Shown here: positions 50,205 through 60,877 of the stretch, in pieces
How the letters are laid out: each line of letters begins with the position of its first letter
Position numbering within the stretch: position 1 is the first letter of the stretch
DNA from: Oikopleura dioica
Lineage: Eukaryota > Animalia > Chordata
Assembly: GCA_907165135.1 (NCBI GenBank)
Contig: OU015566.1
Coordinates: forward strand, 11,966,001-12,030,000
Direction of reading: 5' to 3'
Length of the DNA: 64,000 bases
Program-made: the position numbers and the translations under genes
Notes under the pieces: generated by a model
The model's database searches: none
Seen by the model: only the letters and a program-made list of their open reading frames with translations
What the model was told of the DNA's origin: nothing

Positions 50205-50365
50205 CAGTGGGTTGCGCAGGTAGTGCACCCCTAAAGAGCGGGTAAAGGGTGCACCAGTCACGCAATCACTTTGAGCAAGTCTAGAAAGAAACAATAGAAA
50301 AAGCGCGGGCGAAGGGTTCAGCAACGCCGCAATCACAAAGGGTGCAGTACCTGCGCAACCCACTG
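50205..50365. mobile_element. Mirror copy of the Tc1/mariner-type MITE
   Basis: Reverse complement of 47657-47817, TA flanks. Confidence 0.75.
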
Positions 50366-50470
50366 TAGGATCTTTTCAATAGCTTCTTATAGCTCGATTA
50401 AATGATAATTGAGGATCAAGAAAGTTTAGTCGTGAAAAAGAATGATTGTTTTATGCAAAAAAGTCAAAAT

Positions 50471-50588
50471 GCTTAGCGCACGAGGTATTCCCAACCGGTC
50501 ACCCATGTAAGTACTAACCCCGCCCGTCGTAGTTTGACTTCAGTGATCGGACGAGAACTGGTTTATTCTACGCGGTATGACGCTAAGC
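50471..50588 (-). rRNA. 5S rRNA (mirror copy)
   Basis: Reverse complement of 47434-47551. Confidence 0.95.
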
Positions 50589-50719
50589 GAACGAGGCCGG
50601 TTCTAGCCAGCATATATAGCAAATTTTTGACTCAGGATTATGTTTATTGCAGGTTAATACTGTATCTATGTGTTTTCCGTAAAATCAGGTAATAAAGGAA
50701 TATGCGAAAATCGACTGTC

Positions 50720-51151
50720 TCAGTCATGAGCAGGAGTATCGACGATCTCGATCGGAATTTCTTGTTGCTTGTCTTCTTCGTTCTGCACTCGTTCGGCGAC
50801 GAAAGTGAGCTGATTCTCGTGCAACTTGGACGCGATCGTCTTCAGCTCCACATCCTCTGGAATTCGAATTTCTTTCGTCCAGACGTGAGTTGAAAAGATC
50901 TTCAATCCGTCTCGTCGAGTAGACTCCGTTTCAGACTGTCCAGACACGGTCAGAGTGCGGCTCTTCTCGTCTACCTTCACGTGCAGTTCCTCGGCCTTGG
51001 TGGGGATGGTAGAAAGGTTGATGCAGCTGCACCACTTGCTCGATTTCTCAGCAGATTGGCAGCATCCTCCACGCTTGTTGGCGGGATGGGCGAGCTCAGA
51101 AAAGACCTGGTTCATCAGCGGTTCGAAGTGTTCGTTGGAAAAAGCAAACAT
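50720..51151 (-). CDS. Small heat-shock protein B' (mirror paralogue)
   Basis: 143 aa; differs from B at four N-terminal residues (T3A, S23P, R31C, T33S). Confidence 0.85.
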   Translation of the reverse strand: MFAFSNEHFEPLMNQVFSELAHPANKRGGCCQSAEKSSKWCSCINLSTIPTKAEELHVKVDEKSRTLTVSGQSETESTRRDGLKIFSTHVWTKEIRIPEDVELKTIASKLHENQLTFVAERVQNEEDKQQEIPIEIVDTPAHD

Positions 51152-51203
51152 TTTCGTTGGTTTTTGTATCTCTGGTGTGATGAGAAAGACATCTCCCGCT
51201 CGG

Positions 51204-51395
51204 TATTTATAGCCACTGATGACTGTCGTCGTCTCTTCTAGCAGGTTTTATTTCCAAGTTAGAATGTTCTGGAATTTTCTTTCTGAAGATACCAGTTTTC
51301 TCGAATGTTCGATTTGTTCTGGAATGTTCTGTTATATTCTGGAATATTCTACACTTGATTTCCCGAATGTTCTCCAAGTTTTCAACAGTATAAAA
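51204..51395. promoter_or_regulatory. Mirror bidirectional heat-shock promoter
   Basis: TATA boxes at 51204-51211 (-) and 51389-51395 (+); repeated GAA/TTC pentamers such as AGAATGTTCTGGAATTTTCT and TTCTGGAATGTTCT. Confidence 0.85.
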
Positions 51396-51461
51396 TGGGC
51401 TTGTTTCAGCAAGAGCACATTCAAACTGAGAAATCTTTCCAAGAGATACAAAAAGCAAGAG

Positions 51462-51872
51462 ATGATTAAAATCGCCGGATTTCCCTTTTCTCCCGAATTC
51501 GACCGCCCGTTCCAGCGCAAATCCCGTGATCGTCGCTACCAGCCCTACTCCATTTCGCAAGAAATGATCACTCCTACAACCTGGTCAGCAAGAATTGATC
51601 TCGCGTCGCTTCCGACGCAGAAGAAAGACCTCAAAATCACCAAGGACGAGTCGAAGAGAGAGCTGCAAATCTCTGGCTCATCAAAAACATCAGAAATCAT
51701 CGAAGGAGTGAAGATCGAGTCAGCACACAACTGGAAGAGAACCCTTTCTGTGCCAAAAACGGTTGACTTTGAGTCACTCTCCTCCAAATTCAATGGCAAA
51801 AACCTTTTATTTACTGCTGATAGAAAGTACGGCACTAACGTTCCAGTCAGTTTTGTCAATAAAACCGAATAA
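51462..51872 (+). CDS. Small heat-shock protein A' (mirror paralogue)
   Basis: 136 aa; three visible substitutions versus A (I/F, L/P, E/K). Confidence 0.8.
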   Translation: MIKIAGFPFSPEFDRPFQRKSRDRRYQPYSISQEMITPTTWSARIDLASLPTQKKDLKITKDESKRELQISGSSKTSEIIEGVKIESAHNWKRTLSVPKTVDFESLSSKFNGKNLLFTADRKYGTNVPVSFVNKTE

Positions 51873-51919
51873 ATGAAACTTCCATTTGAGGCTAGCTAAC
51901 GTCTCTTTGATGAGAAGAT

Positions 51920-52015
51920 TTTTGTTCGTGAGAGGCGAGAGGGTAGGAGAGAGAGTGCGTGGAGACGATTCTTACCTGTTAGACAATCGAAATCGGACTC
52001 AAAAATGGGATGAGT
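51920..52015 (-). ncRNA. SL RNA gene copy 4 (exon 51976-52015; 3' end approximate)
   Basis: Exact 40-nt leader plus GTAAGA donor on the minus strand. Confidence 0.92.
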
Positions 52016-52239
52016 GAAGAGAGACGGTGCTTGATTTCGAGGTCGTTTTGTCGCTGCGCGCTCCTATTTTCGGCCTTTTTTCAGAAAAGCGCGCGGCGGA
52101 GGGCGCCAAATCTCCTCGATGCTCTGGGGCCCGCGTTTGGTAGCTTCTTCGCATAGGCAATTGAATTCAACGATATAGAAGCTTTCTCATTCCATCAGAC
52201 ATTTATACAATCCCTTCCAAACGGAAAAATGATCAAAAT

Positions 52240-52274
52240 GCTTAGCGCACAAGGTATTCCGAAACGGTCACCCA
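52240..52274 (-). pseudogene. 3'-terminal 5S rRNA remnant (right edge)
   Basis: Reverse complement TGGGTGACCGTTTCGGAATACCTTGTGCGCTAAGC, a diverged 5S 3' end. Confidence 0.8.
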
Positions 52275-52773
52275 GTTTCTCCTTCGTATTCAATAATCTT
52301 AGTCTATTTATCCTCCACAAAGATCTCCTTATCACCCTCGTGCTTCACCTGCTGTTCCTCCGACGCCAATACCAAAGCCTTCCAGATCTTACGATCGAAA
52401 GCGGGAAGACCTCGACTTCTTGAATAAATTCAACGCTCCACTTCGCCAAGAGCCGGTCAAAGGACCGCGCGTCAAAAGATTTCCCACTGGGCTTGACTTT
52501 GATTCTGGACTTCTGATCAAGAAAACGGTTACCTCCGTGTCCACTTGAATAAATAAAAACATGGTCAACTAGACATCATTCGAGGTAACATCCGTAAAAG
52601 CCTTCGTATGGGACATTGACGACGGACTTGAGGAGGGAGATCTCGGAAGAAACGCCGTATCCGTCTAAGAGTACTATGGAGGTTAATTTGAATCGATTAG
52701 GAGCGTGATTTCGGTCAAGTATTTGCTCGAAAGTAAAACAATCAGGAATCAAAATTAGATCGGATCAAGAAAA

Positions 52774-53769
52774 TGGCTACCCCCCATCTCAAACGAAAAC
52801 CTGTTAAAATGCAGCAGCTCAAGTCAGACTCAGATACTTCGATGGATGTTTCGTTTTCAATGCGTAAGGAAATTTAGTTTACTGGAGTTATTTCACTATA
52901 CATTTTAGTCTCCGCAGCTACGAAACCATCATCTCTTTATAGAAACAAGAAGAAAGTAGACGAAACTGCAAAGTCTCTAGCGAAGGAACTTACGAGCTTG
53001 CTCTATGTTTTTGACTCTTATAAAATCAAGTTTATATATGCCGATTTTTATCGACTAACTCTTCTTCAGCACCGTTGGCCATGCCCGATTTCTCGAAGGA
53101 AAACTGAAGGAGATTCAAAAGAAAGCTGTTCTTAGCAAAATTTGTCAAAACGACTTTCCAAACTTTTTGCAGAGTTTACTGAGGCTGAGATCAAGGATTC
53201 AAAAGAGCCTGGCCGGACTTGATGATCAAAGGTCGGTTCAACAGTTCTCAGACTCTCGAGAAAAGAGAATTTTAGAATTCGAATGATAATAAAAGATCAA
53301 CTCGAAGATTGTTCAGAACAACTTCTCCGCATTGTTGTTTGAAGGGGAGAAACTGTTGTTTCGCGAAGAATTATTAATGCCTGTTATTCCTGTTCCTAGA
53401 TAAAAGCATGAATACATATAAACCTATCTTCAGAGAGTCTCCCTTTCCTTTTCACCTGAAAAGAATAAATCTGAATTTTTGATCAAAGGCGCGATAAAAA
53501 TGGAAGACCTTGACTGGCTAGACCCAGTTTTCGAAACGATGGACTATTTCAGACAGGTGCATTTTTCAAAGACTTTTTGAACTGATGATTTTAAGTACAT
53601 GTACATAATATACGTTGTCATAATATTGGCAGTAATGGCCGTGGACTATTTGAGCTACAGTATCGACAAGAGAGATCACGACCTCGATCCGAGATTAGTT
53701 GAGGAGAGAAAGACTGTTAGAAAGCAACAAGGACTTCGTTTTTCGGCGCACAAAAAGAACTTCATTTGA
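52774..53769 (+). CDS. Multi-exon protein of unknown function with a C-terminal hydrophobic segment
   Basis: Short ORF pieces with GT-AG boundaries (MATPHLKRKPVK...; YIIYVVIILAVMAVDYLSY); structure not fully resolved. Confidence 0.4.
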
Positions 53770-54035
53770 TCTGCGAAAGTATTTTATTTATGAATAAATT
53801 ATGATTGATAAAATAATAACTCGTTATCTTCAACTCGATTGACCGTTAGTTCGGCGAAAAATATCAGTCGCCCGCGATCAGTCTGTTTTTCAAAATGCCA
53901 ACGACAAATTATGGCCCAAAAATAAGCTGATACGCCATCTAAACCGACTTCTCGGCATGAAAAACAATCTTGTCTCTCAGTTAGCCTCAGAGGGAGCTGA
54001 CGCAAAAAAGCGTTTCTTTAAATTTTTTGCTAAAA

Positions 54036-54955
54036 ATGAGTTTTGAGCGAAAGGCTATTTCATTGCCGGCGAGGCCAGAGGATTTGATGCCAGTTTATGA
54101 AAGTGCATCATCAATCGAGAGTGAAGGGTCTGACGATGTTTTTGAGTCCTTTGGGGAAGGACATGAGGAAGAGTTCTTCAGGTAATCTCCCTATAAAATG
54201 ACACCGAGAAATAAATTGTGTTAGAGTTCTAGAGCAACGAAAATCTGATGACATAGGAGAATGTTTCAAAGAGGAAGCTAAACCAGTGGCTAAGAAACAA
54301 CTTGATGTAACAATTTTTTCTTCGACGAGCACTTACTATTCTACTGTGTCGAATGATTCAGGTAAAAACGCACTGTCAGCCTTTTATAAACAAAATTCTT
54401 AAGCTCTGAAAACGGCTGATCTCCTGGCTCTTTCAAGCGATCAAGAGCATTTTGAGTTTCAACGAGTTTCAACTAGCACCAACGCTTCTGAACCTGTTCG
54501 GCTACGAACTCTGTCTAAGAGCGCCTTGGATCCAAAGAAACCGCCTGCGAAGCCCGAGAAGAAGGAACTCTTCATTTCGCTCGAGGAACTCGAAAAACTC
54601 ACGCTGGAGGACAACGATGCTGAGGGTGAATTTGAGCAGGGTGCGGAGATATTCAAGCTGAAGACTTGGAATCATGCATCGCTGTGGAAGTGGGACGTAG
54701 ATTGTGACATTTGTGCCATTTGCAGAGTCGTGGTTACGGAACCCTGTCTCAAGGTAAGTTCTTCATGGAAGTAAGAAGTTGCCAGTGATAATTTTTCAGT
54801 GTCAAACGAGTGGTAAAGGCGCCGACGAATGCGCCGTGGTTTGGGGCGAGTGCAACCACAGCTACCACAACTGCTGCATGTCGCGTTGGGTGGCAACGAG
54901 TCCGCGATGTCCGCTCTGCCAGGGGACCTGGGTCGTTCAACGAATTGGCACATAA
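54036..54955 (+). CDS. RNF7: RING-box protein 2 (SAG) with long N-terminal extension
   Basis: FKLKTWNHASLWKWDVDCDICAICRV...VVWGECNHSYHNCCMSRW...CPLCQGTWVVQRIGT*; upstream exons splice in frame. Confidence 0.88.
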
Positions 54956-55181
54956 GAACAGAAACCCTTTACTCCTAGTAGTTCATCCTTACTGTTTTTA
55001 CAAATAAAATATTTCCTTGAAATTTTGGTGTCATTGATGCCTCGTAAAATTGTCAATCATTAATTAAAATGACACTTTTGATAATCATTATTTCGCTCAT
55101 GTTTACAGGCACTGCAAGTCTTCAAGCATTATAAACTCGTAATTCTCGAATTCGGGTAGCAACAAGAAATTGAATAAATCG

Positions 55182-56846
55182 ATGGTTCAGCTCGGGCGGC
55201 GCTCATTGGTTGCCACGGCATTTCTCCGAGGGAAAATCTTTCCCAGAAGAAGGCATTTTGACAATTACCGAGAAAGATTTATGAACATGCTGAGAGCTGC
55301 CAGATCAATAGGGATTATTTTGAAAAGAGATTATTCGCCGAAATATCCAGGAATTGAGAAGTTTCTTGCTGCGTTTCATAGGTAAGGTCTTCTAAAAATA
55401 GAAATAAGGCTTTTTTCATTGATTATTTTCTATTTAATTTTGAAAATTTGATGAGTAATCGAAAGTATGCATAATTCTCTGAGGTCATTATTGTAAATTT
55501 TGTATTTGAAGACCAGAATTCGAGCAAAGACGCGAATATTCTCGAAAACGTCAACAAGATTCTTCTGCACTTGGCTCCTCTACGAATTCCAGAGTTGAAA
55601 AATGAATCGAAAAATCACGTAGAAAGCCTACTCTACCTCAGAGAACTCAACGAAAATGTCGCGAAAGAACAAGACCCGGAGATGAAAGAATTGCTTCGGG
55701 AAGAAATCAAAGAATCGGAAGAGCAAATAAGTGAGATTGAAGAAGAAGTTTTCGACATTTTGGCCGAATATGAAACTGAAGAAGCCGAAAAGGCGAATTT
55801 TGTCGTTGAAGCTGGAGCAGGAGGGGATGAAGCTGGAATCTTCGCTAGGAAGGTTTCATTTTGGAACGGTCAGAATTGAAAAAACGGTATTTTGCAGTTT
55901 ATCTTTTGCGAACTTGAAGCTCAAGAGGCGCTACTTTCTTTCATAAAGTCAAATTAATTATTGATTGATGATGATCGCGAATTTATGAATAATAAACAAG
56001 TTCGTTCCAAATTGTCCCAATTCCTTCTGAAACCGGTGTCAGAGAACTCTTCGATCACTACCTCTCCTTTTTCGATTTCATGAACTGGCACTATGAAGTA
56101 GTAAATCGAGATGAAGAAAACGGGATGCTCAATGAGGGGCACATTGTTGTTTCGGGGCTGAATGCGTTCAATAGAAATCTCGCCGAGGCGGGGGTTCACC
56201 GCGTCGCACGCATTCCTCAAAACTCGACAAAGCTTCATACGAGCACTTGCGCCGTCAAAGTAACGCCGATTTTGGAAAGGAGGCTGATCGAGATTCCAGA
56301 GAGGGAGTTGGAGATTTCCTCTTGCAGAGGGTCTGGAAAAGGCGGACAGGTAAACATAGTATTTTGACTAATTCTAACGTCATTTTTTTCCAGAAAATCA
56401 ACACTGTTCATTCCCGAGCGGTCGTAAAACACATTCCATCCGGCATCACCACCACTTACTTCGAGCCTGGCAGAAACAACACCCTAGCCGGCAACACTGA
56501 AAAAGCAATTGAAGAGCTTCGCTCAATCCTTCAAGCTCGTCAAGACGCTGAATTCGAGCGTGAATTCCTCGGTTTTCAGAATTCAATGAACACTAATTTC
56601 GAGCGCGGCGAGCGAATACGAAATTATTCATGGAGCAATAACAATGTTACTGACTACCGGACAAAGCGGAAATTCAATTTGCAGAAGTATTTTTCGAATT
56701 CTGGTTTTGAGATGATGGAAGAGATTCAAGGGGAATATTCGCACATGAAAAATTGTGAAAGAAATGTCGCCTTGTTTGAAAAATATGACAAGGATGTCTC
56801 CCAAGAGCTATTTAAAAAGTTCCTTTCTGATTTTAAACCTTTCTAG
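55182..56846 (+). CDS. MTRF1L: Mitochondrial class I peptide chain release factor
   Basis: Presequence; EAGAGGDEAGIFA; GVHRVARIP..LHTST; GSGKGGQ|KINT; RGERIRNYSW..VTDYR. Confidence 0.85.
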
Positions 56847-56909
56847 CTTCTATTTATTTTTATTTCAAACAATTTTCATCACTCGCTAACCATCATTTTT
56901 TAGAATAAA

Positions 56910-57779
56910 ATGAGATTCGAAATCGCAGCTATGCTTCGTGCACAAACAAAGAAGCGCACGCATGAAATGTGCGTGGCAATCACGAAAACGCTTTTTGCAC
57001 AAAATTGCGTCGTGCGAAATTTCGAATCGCACGGAATTAGGACTCTCGCGCGAGCTACGAGGAGACAGAACTTTTCAAGCAATGAAAAATATCACCAACA
57101 AAAAGTTGAGCGGCCGCTAATTCCGGATGATATTAATATCCAAGAGGTTATGGAAGAAGATCGGGCGAATAATAGAGGCTACAGGTATTGAAGAATTCGT
57201 TTTTCTTAAGAATGATTGAATAAATTAAGCTTCGAGGGACATAAAAATTATTTGGCAGCTGGCGACGCGATCTACACAGAAGGCAATTTCGTCACTTGGG
57301 ATCTCCATGCTCCTTCTAGTATCAAAATGGAAATAGAAAAAATCCTGGGCGAGCATAATGACGTTATCAAATTTGCAATTTTAGGTAAATTCAAATGACA
57401 GCCTCGAAAAAGACGAATAATTGTTTTTTCAGACTACAATAAAGCGAATCCGGGTAAAAAGCCCTGCGAAGGGTGGGAAAAGATAGATTACGAAGAAGAA
57501 ATGGCAAATAAAACCGGGATGATCCACCCGCATCGCGTTCAACCTTACAGACAGTATACGCCCAATGAATTTTCGGACCAAGAAGGAATGCCGCATATTA
57601 TGAGCGTAAACAAACAATATGGCGGAAATAAATGTAAGTTGTAGTTTCTCGACCTTGATTCATACTGAATTCTTTCAGATAATCCAAACGGTTTTCACGC
57701 ACTAAAACGATGGGGAGCCGCAAACCGCCCTGGAAACAGATCTTTTTACACTGAAGAAAATCTCAAAGAATTGCTTTGA
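56910..57779 (+). CDS. MRPS6: Mitochondrial ribosomal protein S6 (enlarged)
   Basis: MRFEIAAMLRA...VVRNFESHGIRTL...GNFVTWDLHAP...DVIKFAIL...PCEG follows the bS6m pattern. Confidence 0.7.
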
Positions 57780-57882
57780 AAATTTTTCAAGAACACGATT
57801 TTTCTAGATCTGTTCCTAAGAGCTTTAATTTTCCCATTTGTTATTATTTCACTTTTCAGATTGACTCAGAACAGCAAAAGAG

Positions 57883-59952
57883 ATGCAGCTTCCAGTTAAA
57901 CTTTTGAAAGAAGGCACTGACACCTCCCAGGGTATTCCCCAGATCGTCTCCAACATCAATGCCTGTCAGGTCATCGGTGAGGCGATCAAAACGACTCTTG
58001 GGCCCCGAGGCATGGACAAAATGATCATCGATGCTAGATCAAAGGTAATCAATTATCAGAAGTACTCTTTTCTATTTTCTCCTTCAGACTCACATTTCCA
58101 ACGATGGTGCCACCATCCTCCAGCTCCTCGACATCGTCCACCCTGCAGCAAAGACCCTCGTCGACATCGCCAAGTCACAAGATGCCGAGATCGGCGATGG
58201 AACGACCTCTGTCACTCTCCTTGCCTGTGAATTCATGACGATGATGAAGCGATTCATCGAAGATACCGTGCACCCACAGTTGATCGTCCGCGCCTTGAGA
58301 GAGTCGGTCAACCTGGCCATCAAACGACTTGAAGAAATCGCTGTCAACCCAATGAAGAGTGGTACTCCCGAGGACAGACGATCAACCTTGATCAAGTGCG
58401 CCCAGACAGCTATGAGCTCAAAGGTATTGTATTTTTAATTTAACAGGGATCACCTGAATATTTTAGCTCGTCGCTGCCAACAAAGAGTTCTTCTCCGAAA
58501 TGGTCGTTTCTGCTGTCCAGTCCATTGATCAGGATATCATGCCGCTAGAGATGATCGGTATCAAGAAGGTCCCCGGTGGTGCTTTGGAGGATTCGCGACT
58601 TATCAACGGTGTTGCCTTCAAAAAGACTTTCAGGTAAAACTCTTGAAAATTGGCCCATTCAGCAAGGGACTTTCAGCTACGCTGGATTTGAAATGCAGAA
58701 GAAAGAGTACCAAAACCCACTGATCGCCCTCCTGAACGTCGAACTCGAACTCAAGGCGGAGAAAGAGAACGCGGAGGTGCGCGTTACAAACGTCAAGGAC
58801 TACCAGGATGTCGTTGATGCCGAGTGGGACATCCTCTACGAAAAGCTCGAGTGCTGCTACAAATCTGGCGCCAAGGTCGTCCTCTCCAAGCTTCCCATTG
58901 GCGACGTTGCTACACAGTATTTCGCTGACCGAGGAATGTTCTGCGCCGGTCGAGTAGCTGACGAAGATCTCAAGAGAACTATGAAGGCTTGCGGTGGTGC
59001 CATTGTGGTAATTTTCTGAATTAGTGATTTTGGTTTTCAAATGTTTTTAGTCATCATGTTTGAATCTGAGCGAAAATCAGCTTGGAACATGCAGCACGTT
59101 CACTGAGACCCAGGTCGGCAGCGAGCGATTCAACTTCTTTGAGGGCTGCCCCAACGCCAAGACTTGCACCATGCTCCTCCGAGGTGGCGCCGAGCAGTTT
59201 TTGGAAGAAACAGAGCGATCCCTTCACGACGCGATTATGATTGTTCGACGAGCGAGCAAGTCTGATAGCGTAAGTTTTCTTCATCCCGCCAAGCCTTTAA
59301 CAAAATCTTAGATCGTTGCTGGAGGTGGAGCTATTGAAATGGAGCTCTCCAGAACTCTCAGAGAACATTCCCGAACCATCAAAGGAAAAGGACAGATGTT
59401 AGTGAATGCATACGCAAAGGCTCTCGAGGTAAGAAAAAAACGATAAGTTGGGGTCGACGTACACATTCATTATTTAGATCATCCCACAGCAGCTGTGCGA
59501 TAATGCCGGTTTCGATTCTACTGATCTTCTTAATAAGCTTCGTAAAGGCACTTTGGTTTTAAAAGCAATCAATTTTACTCAAAGATTCTTTGAAGGACTG
59601 TTTTTAAAACCTGATAAAAGCGCATGCTGATGGTCAAATCTGGGCTGGTGTTGACGTAAATGAAGAGGGCATTTCCAACAACTACGAAAAGTTCGTTTGG
59701 GAGCCAGCTCTTGTCAAAAAGAACGCTTTAATGGTAAGCCAATTTTAAGGATGAAGTGGGAAGGATGGAGTCTATTCTAATTTGATTTCGCTTTTGATCC
59801 GCTTTCTAAATCCGCCCTCGTTTAATTATATCTTATTTCACAAGGGGAGGAGTCGATTCTTTATTAATTTATTCTTTAAGGCTGCCACAGAAGCTGCATG
59901 CGCCGTCCTCTCCGTAGACTGGACCATCAAAGTGCCAAAAGCCACTCAATAA
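57883..59952 (+). CDS. CCT7: T-complex protein 1 subunit eta
   Basis: [22 protein letters not shown]; TLGPRGMDK; [10 protein letters not shown]; [11 protein letters not shown]; RYNFF-like [10 protein letters not shown]; [11 protein letters not shown]. Confidence 0.96.
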
Positions 59953-60877
59953 GCCATCTTGAGCGTCTTTTAGATTTTTCTATATTTCACGCCTGAAGGA
60001 AAATGTTTTATACTAGCAATTACGAATTAATGAGATCGAGAACGTACAAAGCGCGTCGTTTGAACAGGTTCTATTTAATCCTAGAATTTCATTTATAAAA
60101 CATCATCTAAAGACATGTTTTCCTCGCACCCAAACCTTGTCAACAGAAATCAACCTCATAAAAACCTCTTTAGTCATTATTACAGTAATACGTATTCTAG
60201 TTTGAAATTGCTGCCTTTGCGCCTTAATTATCATTCTACTCGTATTTGATTATATATATTTTTATTCCCAAGTAGTTCACGAGATATTTTATGTTTTACT
60301 TTTTTCCTGTTCACTGACAATACAGTAATAACAGTTCACTGTACCTGAAATCCGCCTACTTCTTCAATAAGTGAGAAACCAATTGTGTGATACTTGAACG
60401 AATTAGGCAGAATTACACCTATCCTAGGCTTATTTCAATACATATATTGTTCTTTTTCCTCCGATCCTCAAAGAGATTGATTTTAGGAAATGATAGATTC
60501 ACTGGAATTCCTGAGGATAGGGTCTCTCATATGAGATTAATGAAGGCCGCTTGAGCTCGTCCAAGGATGCATCAACAAGTGCCTAAGATCGTGCTCAATG
60601 ATGATGATGAATCCGTTCAGGAGGATAATGTAAGTCGGTCGTCTCACTGTAGTTTGTTGTCTGTTCGTACTCTATGTAGTATCCGCATGTCGTCGCATGA
60701 ATCAATCAATAAAAAATTTGTCTTTATTGTCGTCACATCCTTTAATTTATAAAATATGTACTTTCTGACGGAAAGTCTCCGTGACGTTTAAGTCATGGGC
60801 TTGCTACATAAATAATATGTAATAAAATCGATGTCCTGTATTCATATATCGCAAGGCGAGATATATAAGTTTTCATT

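Larger units (their letters stand above)
45713..52274. repeat. Large inverted duplication (palindrome); arms 45713-48112 and 49317-52274
   Basis: Mirror coordinates sum to 98022 for the 5S genes and sHSP-B genes; identical ORF translations on opposite strands (47129-47320 vs 50702-50893; 47777-47965 vs 50057-50245). Confidence 0.95.

Noticed and set aside
45713-52274. CRISPR-like or prokaryotic defence interpretation of the repeats
   Set aside because: No repeat-spacer periodicity or cas genes; the DNA is clearly eukaryotic.
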